A stretch of DNA of 64,000 nucleotides from Paraphysomonas bandaiensis (Eukaryota > Protista > Chrysophyceae). The stretch covers positions 1-64,000 of the forward strand of contig CBFFRP010000110.1 in the NCBI GenBank assembly GCA_965644295.1, in the 5' to 3' direction. A program made the translations under genes and the position numbers. Shown here in pieces: positions 1 to 10,611 of the stretch; position 1 is the first letter of the stretch, and every line of letters starts with the position of its first letter. The notes under the pieces were generated by a model, which was not told the DNA's origin, ran no database searches, and saw nothing but the letters and a program-made list of their open reading frames with translations.

Positions 1-854
1 ACGTTGTCACGCATACCTGTAGTTACTGTTATACGTGGAGTTATACTGTGTTATACTGCGGTACTCTAGGTAGCATGCTGTTGTACTTTCATTTTCAGTT
101 TTTGCGGTTACTGTATTCTTGAAGGGATATAAGTCCCGTATAACTACAAGTATGATACTGTAAACTGTAGATGATTCACAGCAATATAGAGTGTTGTATG
201 ATTTCACTTTCTTTACACGTTTTAACGTAATTTTAATTCATTCTATACTCGCGGTTTGCTTGTGTTAGAAGGCAGTTTCACCGGTTTGGTGTTCTGGACA
301 GTGTATTCTCGGTTTTTGGGAAGCACTTTAAATTTCATAAAACGTTGTAAACACGGTCTTTCTCATCAGAAAGATTACAGTATTAATACTTTAGTCGGAT
401 AGAAAGAAACATTGTTTATTTATATTGTCGACTATGAGTTCGGAAGAAGAGGTTCTCTCGAATCGACCACATCGTCCCTTGTCTAAATATTAAAACTCGG
501 GCTTTTCACCCTCGTTTCAAAATTTTGAGCGCGGGACGCTATAGCATCCTTATTGCCCGTGATTAAATATAACTATATCGTCATTCATTTTCACAATACG
601 ATTAACAAGACTACAATTGTATACTACTGTTATTTAAATACCTTATAACTACAGCTTTCAATTGCTCTCATTTAGCAGAACTCAACACACTTTTATATCG
701 GGTATGTATTTGCACCCCAAATCTAAACTTGAATCGTAGTTATTAAGTCATATTTGTTTAATAATATTCCATACAATATAAAAAACAACATATTGATGGC
801 ATTGTCATACTCACAAGCAATTCCCCAGAGGGATAAATCTAATCACCGTGGTAT

Positions 855-2933
855 TTAGTGTTTTTGGACAATGAGGCTAACCTTTTTCTCAGCCTCAGTA
901 ATTAAATCATTGGCTACTGCCTGTGCTAGAGCTTTGCATTCGCCTACCACATCGTATGGTCGACCCCCAATGCTCTCCTTCGGCTGCCTGTGTGTGGGTC
1001 TTCGAGAGACAGAGGGCATGCTTTCACTCGGGCGTTGTGGATTCTTATGACCTTGTTCTGGCACCTTCTTTGCCACTGATGTCCTCTTGAAGGATTTATT
1101 GGGAGGATCGATGGGGGGCTTCACGACAGTGCGACGAGGATCTTTTACCTCGTTAGCGGAAGCAAAACTATCCAGTGGTCCTGCTCCACCAATTTGTGTA
1201 TATCGAATACTATTGCTGCGGGGCGCAACAGTGACTTTAGTGGAGGTGTAGGGATTGGGTGGCTTGGGAGAGATCTGATGGCCTGGAGGAACTGGGCCTC
1301 GTGGAGACTTCGACGTGGCGGCTTTTTTCTGTTTGGCATCCAGAGCTTGTGGTTCTAGCATTGGAGCTTGTTGCTGAGACCTCATGATGATGGTCATAAG
1401 AGCATTCCTCAAAGAGCATTCTGCAATGTAATCTGTGGTGTATATTGCCACTGCGCGAATGGTTTCCCGCCTCCCTTCCTCTGAATGTGTGCGCCGCACC
1501 TGCGTTGTGGATGTGGCAACACTACTGTCTATTCCGTTATCTAGCGGGCGGGATGGTAATGGTCGAGAGCTCCCTCGACTTGCGGAACGAGCTGCTGGCC
1601 GATCCCCCACGCTAGATCCATATTCAGTTGACATACGGTCAAAGAATGTTGCATCTAGAATCTCACCAAACTGTGCCTCATTCTCAGGAGCTTCTTTGGG
1701 GGCGGACGCCCCTGCGAGGTTTTGCTGTGGGAGAGGTGACAAGGGCACATTGTTTTCATAGTACTCATCGAGTGTGTATGTTTCCTCTTGTCCAACACTG
1801 TTTTCCTCTCGATTAAGGGCGCCTTCATCAGTCATAAGAGAGTCTACATCGTCAGTCGCAAGTGCAGCACAGTTGCTTGACCCATAAGATTCTGAGCGGG
1901 TCGACCGAACCTCAACATTATTAGTGCTCTTAGATACATTCGCCGGGAGAGGGGCCTTCGCGAAGGCCGCTACAGGCTTAAGCTCAACCTTATTGAGTAA
2001 AGCCATCCACACTTCCACGTTGTCTACTGAAGTGACGAGGATATCCCCCTCAAGAATGCTCGATACTTCATCAGATGTTAATCGCAACTCATACCTCTGC
2101 CCGTTGTCGATATCAATACCGAATATGGAATAACTGTCCCGGAAGGGCTCTTTTATAACAGCTACATCAAGCACGCGCCCCCGCTGAATCTTCGTATACT
2201 CCAGAAGCACGTTACGCGGGCGTTTTGGTTTCTCTTCTGATCTAGCCTCGTCAACCTGATTGCCAACTTGCAATGCGTTCTTTCCTAACACCACTCGACC
2301 AGCAGAATTACCAGGTTTCTCTAATCTCTTTGCTTTCTCCGTTTTCAATCGTCTACTCTTGCCTAACTTGGATCGATAAGATATATGGCCTTTGTTTTTC
2401 GCGGAGGATACAGCACGCAAGTTTGTTTTGTCGTAGTAAGCCTTTACAGAGTCCAACCTAGCGGCTATTACCATATTTTCTTCATGAATTCGCTTCGCTG
2501 CAGCAAGTCGATGGGGAAAGTTTATAGTTCCTGGGTGGTTTTCACATGGATTTTGTTCCAATAGATTTGATATTATTCCAGGTCCTTCCATGATGTCAAA
2601 TATTCTTCTTGCTAGAATAAGGTTGTTCTTGGCAATATGAGCCTGAGTTCCTAAACAAATTTATTAATCAAGAAATATATTCTTTCCTGAAGCTTACCAT
2701 TACGCCACTCGGATGTCTTCGATGGGCTTCCTGCCCGCGGAGACTTCTTGCGATCCTCGGGAGACCCAATGGACACAACTGGCTTCATGTTTTTAATTTT
2801 CTTCCTATGCTCTCTCATGTGTTTTTGTTGACCAACCTGACAAAATCGCTAATTAAGCTACAGGACAGATACATATGACGATGACAACCTCTGGGATTTC
2901 GCAATATAGCGCTACATTTTGAAAAGCTTTCAT
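855..2933 (-). CDS. CFAP97/hemingway-domain-like protein, 3 exons (2933-2889, 2836-2698, 2650-855)
   Basis: Splicing GT-AG introns 2888-2837 and 2697-2651 extends the 578-aa ORF in frame to MKAFQNVALYCEIPE-VGQQKHMREHRKKIKNMKPVVS...HIAKNNLILARRIFDIM...RIHEENMVIAARLDSVKAYY. This matches the CFAP97/KIAA1430 pattern. The C-terminus is low-complexity. Confidence 0.7.
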
Positions 2934-3553
2934 ACTAGCAGATCAACGTGAATAGAAGAAATCTATTTACAAAATTGACAAGAAATTCTACTTCTATACT
3001 GACACCACAGCTCGTCGTTAATGTCGGTCAGTATATCCTCTACGTGATAAGAGCCCAGTGTTGCTAGTGCTACAAGAGGAACGTATTAAATATTATGGGC
3101 GATAAGTTTGCTGATATATAAAATAGACCAACATCCAGTAAGCTTGTGGCGGTTTTTTCTTATATGCTGTCCTCACCTTGTACGGACATACTGGAAGAAT
3201 TTTCGGATTATCTTCACTCTGGGACGTTTTTCGACAAAAAGTGGACCAGCCTCCACTTGTTGGATACAAAAAAATGAAGTGCGACCAGACTGGTCCGCTG
3301 TGTCGAAAAACGTCGTTTTTCGTTCCTTTCCCATTTTCATTTTCGTTTTTTATAAAATAGGCTCACCAACATATTTACCGTTACCTACTGTACGTCGTAC
3401 ATAACAGCAGCAGATGGCCTGATTTCTACTGGCATAGATTACCTAGTATTTCATCTCTGCAAGACGCCGTAAATAACTTGTCGCATCAAACCCACTCTGG
3501 TGATAATATTATCGATATATTACTGCGGTTGAAATCTATATCGGTGTAGATAG

Positions 3554-5416
3554 ATGGAAGCTAAGAGACCGGAAGTTCTTGATAAAATTTTCAACCTCAC
3601 AGCTAATCGAGATAGTAAAGACGAAGCATTATATTTGGAGTTTTTACGAAGCGCACAGTTAGCTGCTGGTAACCCAAGAGGCATAAATGTTAGTATGAGT
3701 TGGTATGAAGAAGATATCAGACGGAACGATAGCGTTCAGAATTGCACACTATGTACTATTTTCTTTTTCTACGCGAAAGTGCAGAGTCCATCACAGAAGT
3801 TAGGAACGTTTAAGCTAGCCCCTGAGGAAGTAGAGTATGCAAGAGAATCTCTCTCTTATTTTGAGCTGCTGCTTTTATGTCGTGATTTTCGAATTGTTCC
3901 GAGACTGCTGACGAAAGAAGATGTTTTGTTTTTATGGAAGGTGATGAATGCACAGCGCGCAAAAAGTGAAATGGATAGATCGAAGCTGTTACATTTTCGA
4001 GGATTCGTAGACTTTCTGGCAAAGGCTTCAATTTTAATATACAATAAACCTGGCGTCAGGCGGATGATTATCAGTGCTAATGGCTACATGCCAAGCTACT
4101 CTGAGCAAGTACGATCTATTGCAATGTATATGCATCTAGATGACCCCAGATGGGTGAGAGAGCGAATTCAAACCGTTGGTGCAACGACTGTGGGTAAAAT
4201 AAATGCCCGTAGCGAAGGGGAGGTGAATGACCAGACGAAGACAAACTTACGTGCAGATGTATTGGCAACTCGACTTGCGCGGTTGTTAGCCCGTGGGGAC
4301 GACAAGGTCGACCGTACAGCCATTGATTCTGCGCGGACAGACAATAGCAGGCTTAACTATGAACAGGTTGCGAGTGTAGCTGCAGGGTTACAGATGCAAG
4401 AGACTGGTCTACCGTCACTTGTGGAGGGGTCGGGGTCACCTTCCAGTTCTCCTCGAGGAAGAAGCTTGCTGGATGAGGTGGCGCAACGCGTGATGGGTAA
4501 AGATACGGACGATGACTATTATTTGACGTCTCAGGAAAACGGTGCTGGGTTGGACGATACAATATTTCAGAGACCGGAAAATATAGCACTGAGCAGGCGT
4601 GCAAGTACAGCCCTCTCTGCTCTAGCCGGCCGAATAGGCATTACGCCCACACAGGAGGAAGCACTACTGAAGTTCCATCCCTCCATGGCAGCATCCTTGA
4701 ATAGGTACTGTGATCTAAATCTACACAAAAAACACAAAAAGCGCACCTCTGAGACTGCGGATCGTGTGGTGGAATCGTCCTCGGGTTTTTTGGACATGGG
4801 GACTGTGGAGGAAGGGAGTCAGTGTGTTATACGTCTATGTATCACTAACCAGTCTGCCTACGATTCTGTGCTTTCGGTTAGTGCCAGGGGGCTATGTACC
4901 TCTGGCGCGATCAAAATCACTGCTCTGCCGAAAGCAGTCGCTCCAGGTTTGAGTAAAACTGTCTTTGTGTCATTCACTGCAACAGAGGCAGATGGAGGAC
5001 GACGCACCTCGTTGGGGCATATATATGTACGATCATCATGTCCTCACCCTGACAGAGCTGCAAGCACGTACCAACTTCCAGTGGATATTGTACATGAATG
5101 TCCTGTCTTTGTTAGGGTGGTACGCGGCTCCGCTCACACTGCGTCGGTCGGGAAGCAGTTTCCACAATGCTCTGAAAACTCACTAGTTCAGCTGGCTCAT
5201 CATTTTCGCTCCAAGAATACTGTCATGGGGATGGTACCCGGTGAAAGGACTGCTCAAAGCTCTATGAGTGTCCCTTATCACGCAACCCGAAGAAATACAT
5301 ACCGTGATACAGGAAAGAACCCAGTTATTCCGTCATCTCCGCGAGCGATAACTTCTAGACCATCCGCAAGGCATATGCGGGCACGACCGAAGTCTGCTGG
5401 AAATTGCAGGTGCTAA
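3554..5416 (+). CDS. Uncharacterised protein with EF-hand-like N-terminal region and C-terminal ASH (ASPM-SPD-2-Hydin)-like Ig domain; probably ciliary
   Basis: Uninterrupted 620-aa ORF. FLDMGTVEEGSQCVIRLCITN...VAPGLSKTVFVSF fits the ASH pattern. Head-to-head with the CFAP97-like gene. Confidence 0.65.
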   Translation: MEAKRPEVLDKIFNLTANRDSKDEALYLEFLRSAQLAAGNPRGINVSMSWYEEDIRRNDSVQNCTLCTIFFFYAKVQSPSQKLGTFKLAPEEVEYARESLSYFELLLLCRDFRIVPRLLTKEDVLFLWKVMNAQRAKSEMDRSKLLHFRGFVDFLAKASILIYNKPGVRRMIISANGYMPSYSEQVRSIAMYMHLDDPRWVRERIQTVGATTVGKINARSEGEVNDQTKTNLRADVLATRLARLLARGDDKVDRTAIDSARTDNSRLNYEQVASVAAGLQMQETGLPSLVEGSGSPSSSPRGRSLLDEVAQRVMGKDTDDDYYLTSQENGAGLDDTIFQRPENIALSRRASTALSALAGRIGITPTQEEALLKFHPSMAASLNRYCDLNLHKKHKKRTSETADRVVESSSGFLDMGTVEEGSQCVIRLCITNQSAYDSVLSVSARGLCTSGAIKITALPKAVAPGLSKTVFVSFTATEADGGRRTSLGHIYVRSSCPHPDRAASTYQLPVDIVHECPVFVRVVRGSAHTASVGKQFPQCSENSLVQLAHHFRSKNTVMGMVPGERTAQSSMSVPYHATRRNTYRDTGKNPVIPSSPRAITSRPSARHMRARPKSAGNCRC

Positions 5417-5914
5417 TTTTTAATTGAAGTTGATATCGTTTACTGTACAGTAAAATGACCTTGTGTTGAGATAGCATATAAACACTTATTGTGTAAATAT
5501 TATGTAGTTGATAGATTGTGAAAGTGGTTAATATATATAGATGTGAAATTTACTAAGGGCGTTTACCGTTTACACACGTTAAATCAGTTTCCACGAAGAG
5601 TAACTATTTTTAATGTTGAGTCTGCTATATGAGAGCAATTGAAAGCTGTAGTTATAATTATAACTGAGATACTAAGATCTCTAAGTCGGTATCATCCAAA
5701 CCAAATGCAATGCCTATATTTCTGATCTGCTCCTCATTAGCATTTACAATGGATGGATCTAATCCTCCTAGCGTAAGCCTAAGAGTTGTTCTCACTGACT
5801 CTAGGGTAGAAGACTCTTGCACTCTATCAAGCGTCTCCTCATCCATAGTAATCAGTATTATATAACAATGAATATGTCTACAGCTACAACACTATATACA
5901 AGCAACTTCCAGCG

Positions 5915-6367
5915 TGTTGAATTCTGCAATATGATGTGATATATATTGTGCAATTGAAGTGAGTTAACAGTGTGCAATAGGTGAAGTCAACCCATAGGTG
6001 TAACGGGTGATTATAGGTACAAAGCAATTAAATTCAGTTACTGAAGTGTGACTATACAAGATATAGAACTGACTGATGAACATATGATAAACAGATGAAG
6101 CTAAGAACAGATGTTTCAACATATGTTACACGAATATTATGTAGTGAAGTGTTCAGAATAATAATCATAATTTCTTACTTGAAAGTGCATTGTGTTCAAC
6201 ATAGCAAGATTAAGGTTTACGTGTAGAGCAAAGTTAACTTCAGTGAAATGTCCAATGCGAACATGGTAGCGAGTGGTAGCACTGATGAGACGAAGGAGGA
6301 CAGCAAGGTGCTGAAGTTCGACAAGTACCAGGCGGAGGTGTCTGCTCAGAAGATAAAGATTCATCTT
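5915..6367 (+). mobile_element. 5' remnant of a second copia-like family: LTR (~5915-6263, TGTT...AACA), PBS and gag N-terminus
   Basis: TGTTGAAT at 5915. AACA at 6260-6263 is followed directly by TGGTAGCGAG (PBS-like). The frame MVASGSTDETKEDSKVLKFD resembles the gag start MAADGNFTNVASGSKVPPFE of the intact copia. The LTR 5' end is inferred. Confidence 0.55.
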
Positions 6368-8474
6368 CCATGCCTCCCACCAGACCGCACCATCCCTAAC
6401 CACCCTCTTCGATTTCTTCCCCCCCATGCCCACCCGTCAACAATCACACACCACCGAACAACATAATACCTGCGGTACAGACCACACTCACTCCGAAACA
6501 TCGCACACTACGATAGTCGCTCCACCAGGTCACCACCTATCCACAGTCTCCCACCCACCTCTCACAGTAACAGCCCATGCACGCGACAAAACCTCCCACA
6601 AAAATCACGGCTCAGCGACTCTGTCCTCAACTCACTGTATCACTCCCACACCCCAGCTCCTGAAACCGAACAGGTCTGGCATCACAGATACCTTCACTCC
6701 TCTGTCCACCACGACTGGCCCCACTTCCCCCACGACTGCCAAAGCTAACCAGCTGGAGGCTAAGCCCCCACAACAGGACAGCACAGTCCCCTTCACCAAT
6801 TTACTCACCAACACCTGGGCTGCCTACGACAACACCGGCCAAATAGCAGCGTCCCTGCGAGAGGATCCCCTGCGAGAGGATCTCCTACACCAACTCCACA
6901 CCACCATCATGACCTCTCCGGACCCAACAGCCTGGCCCACACTCTTCAATACTGTCAACGACAGTTCCAACTACATACACGTCACCTCGTTCAACTGCGA
7001 TACGGATTACGCCGCCACCCCCGGACGTGGCTTCTGCTCGGTGGCAGCAGCTCATCAAATTCTGAGGTCAACTGTACCAGGAAAATACAACCCTGTGCAC
7101 CTTTCCAGCGAAGAGGATATCACCGCATTATTGTCACTGGTGCAACGCTTGTTGGCCCTATGCCTCACTGCAGGCATCACTGCCACACGTATCCAAACAC
7201 TGAGGCGTACACTCACCCGCATGAGGAATTCCCTCCGCTCCCCCAACTCACAGGCCAGAGCCCTCCCCGCCACACACTACATGGACACCGAAGACTTCCT
7301 ACTCATGCTTAAACTACTACGACTCCGATTCCAGTTCTGGCAGGGACACCCGCTGTACCTTCAGCGTGGCTGGGTCCTCCTCAAGACGTCGACAGGAACG
7401 ACTCGACACCCCCCTACACCAGTCCACAACGTCGCGTATAGCACATCTCACTACTTTCTCCTCAGGATTACCGATGTCGACAGTAAGTGCACCAATGCTT
7501 CTCGTGCAGCTAGACTCTCCCTGTTGCAGCTTCTTCAGTCCGCCCAAACATCATCCCACCTCTTCACTTGTCCACATCCAGTATCACACACCAAGACATC
7601 ATACCAACCCCACGGCACAACCACTCCCTCCCATAACAACATGGACACTCTACACACACCAGCGTATGCAGATGCACAGGACCACAACACCTGCTGTATC
7701 GACATATACACCTCACCACCACCCCCATGCACCACATCATCCACTACCCCTCTCTATATATCACCTTGAGTATCACTCCGCGTGGACTAAGGGAAATCGA
7801 AGCCCAAACTCTACATCCCGATCAGCCTCAACCGCCCCGCACAGCAATACAGAACGCTGGCAGAATATTCAGGCTTCATGTATCCGCGCAGAACATCCAC
7901 ACAGCACACGATATCCCAGCCAACGGATACTGTGCATACGGAACCCTCATGGGATGGTTGCACCAAGGTGCTTGCAGCAATGCACAAGCAGTCCCGAGAT
8001 AACTGAGCATTTCATATTCTGTGTTACAATTAGTCTAAAGTAATAGCTAGATAAATGCAACAAGTTCTCTCATGTAATAATCAGATCTATTTATATGCAT
8101 ACGGAACCCTCCATCGATTGCACATGCTCATGACCAGCAAACGCCCTACAGCCACCTATTGGGAGCTCGACTTCCGGCGACCAGAGCACAGGACCTACGC
8201 AGGACAGTGACTCAGCAACCTACTTCGAGACGTGCTCCTCCACCCTAGCTGTGACCAAACCACCATCGTCAAGCTACAACATGCTCTCACAGCCATGACC
8301 AGCAGGCATCAACACACATACACCACCCCGGACGACATTCGTCACTGGTTATCTGTCCGCGAAATGCACTGGCTCGCCACATTCTTCACCCCCACAACCA
8401 CATGGGCCACTGATGGAGAATCAATCAGCATTGTTGGCATACCCAGCGACCCCTACGCGTACGGTCCTGCGTAG
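6368..8474 (+). mobile_element. C/A-rich degenerate element fragment encoding two tandem OTU-like cysteine protease domains
   Basis: Strong C/A strand skew. ORF 6426-7769 has TPGRGFCS...HYMDTEDF...YSTSHYFL. A second unit, IPANGYCAYGTL...HWLSVREM, is restored in frame (one TGA) once insertion 7949-8095 is removed. Confidence 0.5.
7949..8095 (+). mobile_element. Short retroposon copy D (147 bp) with 16-bp TSD
   Basis: TGCATACGGAACCCTC at 7933-7948 and 8096-8111. The 5' part is homologous to 10041-10223. It interrupts a reading frame. Confidence 0.8.
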
Positions 8475-8534
8475 GATTGTGAAAGTAGTAGCGAAGATGA
8501 CAACATCATGCAATGGTGAGATTCAAATAGCTTT

Positions 8535-9203
8535 TTGATAAAAAATAACCTTCCTTATCTATTTTGTTTGTGTAGTAGTACCAGTCAATCTGCAAGCCAT
8601 CATCATGCAAGAAGGCTTCGAACGACTTGTAACACTAGACGTTGTAGACCAGAAACGGATTCTATGTCGTCCGCAGAGGTGGATAACCAATTTGAAACCG
8701 CGAGTAGTATGATAAGTCGGCGAAAAAATAAGGGAAGGAGGATTAAAAATTTAAGGAAGCGACACAAGACTATTCAGCTTTCAGATATCAGTGATGAAGA
8801 AGATTGTGTTGATAATTACAGCAGCTCAAGGGATAGCGTTGTTGTCGATAAAACTCAGGCTTCAGAAAGATATGAATCTGATTCCAGTGATAGTAGTTGT
8901 AGTAGTGATGATTTGCAGCTATATGCCGTTGGTGAGAAAATTAGAAATATATATAATTTCAATGGTAGTGTTATTGGATATAAAGATGGTAGGTATGATA
9001 TAGAATTCATAGATGGTGAAATTATCAGAGGTATAAGGCAGAAAGAGTTGAAACCTGCAATAAAACCCTCCGGAAAGAAGAAAACGAATACATCAGGTAG
9101 GTGGGATATCGAAGTTGTTCCAAATACGGATTGGGTAGACACAGGAGCGGTTGGAGCTGCGCCTGTACTCATTGGTAAACGTAACAGGAAGAGAATTAAT
9201 TGA
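8535..9203 (+). pseudogene. 3' exon/remnant of a gene with an acidic/Ser-rich region and a Tudor/SH3-like domain, possibly transposon-borne
   Basis: YAVGEKIRNIYNFNGSVIGYKDGRYDIEFIDGEIIRGIRQKELK is Tudor-like. A GT-AG intron lies at ~8516-8575. The 5' part is replaced by the C/A-rich fragment. Confidence 0.4.
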
Positions 9204-9439
9204 AAATTATAGTTATTAGTAGAGAAGAGTATTCATATTATATAATAATAATACATATATCATATATCTATATAGTATATCTATATCATACACTTAGTAA
9301 CACTTACTTCTATAACATTACCTCTGTCTAAATTATATCATCAATAAACATGAGGTTTTCATGATGAATTTTTTAAAAAGTCCCAAATTTAGAAATTTTT
9401 CCCAAGTTTGAAAAAAGTTTGCTTCGTGGACGTCCGATA

Positions 9440-10020
9440 ATCAGTTTACCTTTGAAGTGTAACAAATCAAACTGAAAATTCTGCTTATATAGACGCATGC
9501 GTACAATATGATCCACTTCGAACTGCTCCATCGACTTCAGGTTAGCATGATCAGTGAGTAATGTGAAGTGTTTACCGCGCACATAATATATATAACAATT
9601 TATAGATGCTGTAAAACGCTGAAAAGCACTCCTTGTCAATGATGGACCACTTCACTGTAGTGGAGTAAACATCTTTGATATCAACGCAATGACCTGAAAC
9701 AACTCTACCCCTCATCTGGGGTGCAATCTGGATAAACGGAGTCATTTTGATTCCTGTCCACTCTAGGTACAAACACTTGCATTCCCAGAGCATGTCCTCA
9801 ACAACTATAAAACCTTTGTCTGCTTCGCAAAATATGCTTCATGATGATTACGTTCCTCCAGTTTGTTCAGGTACTCTTCCTGAGCTTCCTCCATTCACAT
9901 CTCCATAAAGTGTAAAAAGCCCACCAAAAGAACAAGGCTCTGACATCAACTCATCTTCTGGAGCCACCCCTTGAATAGGCTTCTCCCATGGCGTACGTGT
10001 AGAGGCTTTTGTAATTTTGT
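9440..10020 (-). mobile_element. Degenerate Ty3/gypsy pol fragment (RT-associated RNase H)
   Basis: YVRGKHFTLLTDHANL...IVRMRLYKQNFQFDLLHFKGK matches the gypsy RNase H TDH motif region. Frameshifted and truncated; the upstream boundary is approximate. Confidence 0.7.
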
Positions 10021-10040
10021 CATAGTATATAGTTAGTTTC

Positions 10041-10223
10041 GGAAATTGGTTGCACCTTGGTGCTTGCGGCGACGCACAAGCAGCTTCTGTAGCGTTAAAT
10101 AGTAGGATAATAGAATTTGTGCTGATTAGTTATGGGTAGAGGTCTAACTGGTAGACTAGTATTCAACTAGCCGCTATATCGGAACGAGTTTTAACGCCTA
10201 TTGCTAAATAAAAAGACATTCAA
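10041..10223 (+). mobile_element. Short retroposon copy A (~182 bp) with 13-14-bp TSD
   Basis: (A)TATAGTTAGTTTC at 10027-10040 and 10223-10236. The first ~64 nt of the core are identical to the reverse complement of 46981-47044. Confidence 0.8.
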
Positions 10224-10611
10224 TATAGTTAGTTTCAACCTCTTCTATCGCATAGTTAGTTTCACAACCCCCACCAGCAAGTGTTTCAAACTTATACTAA
10301 TAAGAAGAGTCTGTGTTTCAAAGAAATGGCAGCTGTAAAGACAAGACCCACCTGTAGGCTTTCCATGATAATGAGCTCTTGAATGCAAAGTTTGGAATTG
10401 GGAAATGCCAACCAAACCTTCGCCTTGACATCGGCGGGTTAAACGAAGAAATTTTGCGTGGTATCAGATAAAGGAGAAGTTCGAATGTTAACGCGTGAAC
10501 AGGAGGATCAAGGCGTGGTTCATAACTCACAGGGCTACAACATCATAAACTTACTATATCTCCTATAATATCAATCAGTCAATATTGCACTAACTAAAAG
10601 CGTAAATTAAT

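Noticed and set aside
10047-10222. Module as a solo LTR (TG...CA, AATAAA near the end)
   Set aside because: Its flanks show 13-16-bp duplications rather than 4-6-bp TSDs abutting TG/CA.
10041-10223. Module as a hammerhead or HDV-like ribozyme, tRNA-derived SINE, or Fanzor/TnpB omegaRNA
   Set aside because: There is no CUGAnGA/GAAA core, no evident HDV P1.1/J4-2 pattern and no B-box. No RuvC ORF is present in the window, and long TSDs favour TPRT. A novel ribozyme is not excluded.
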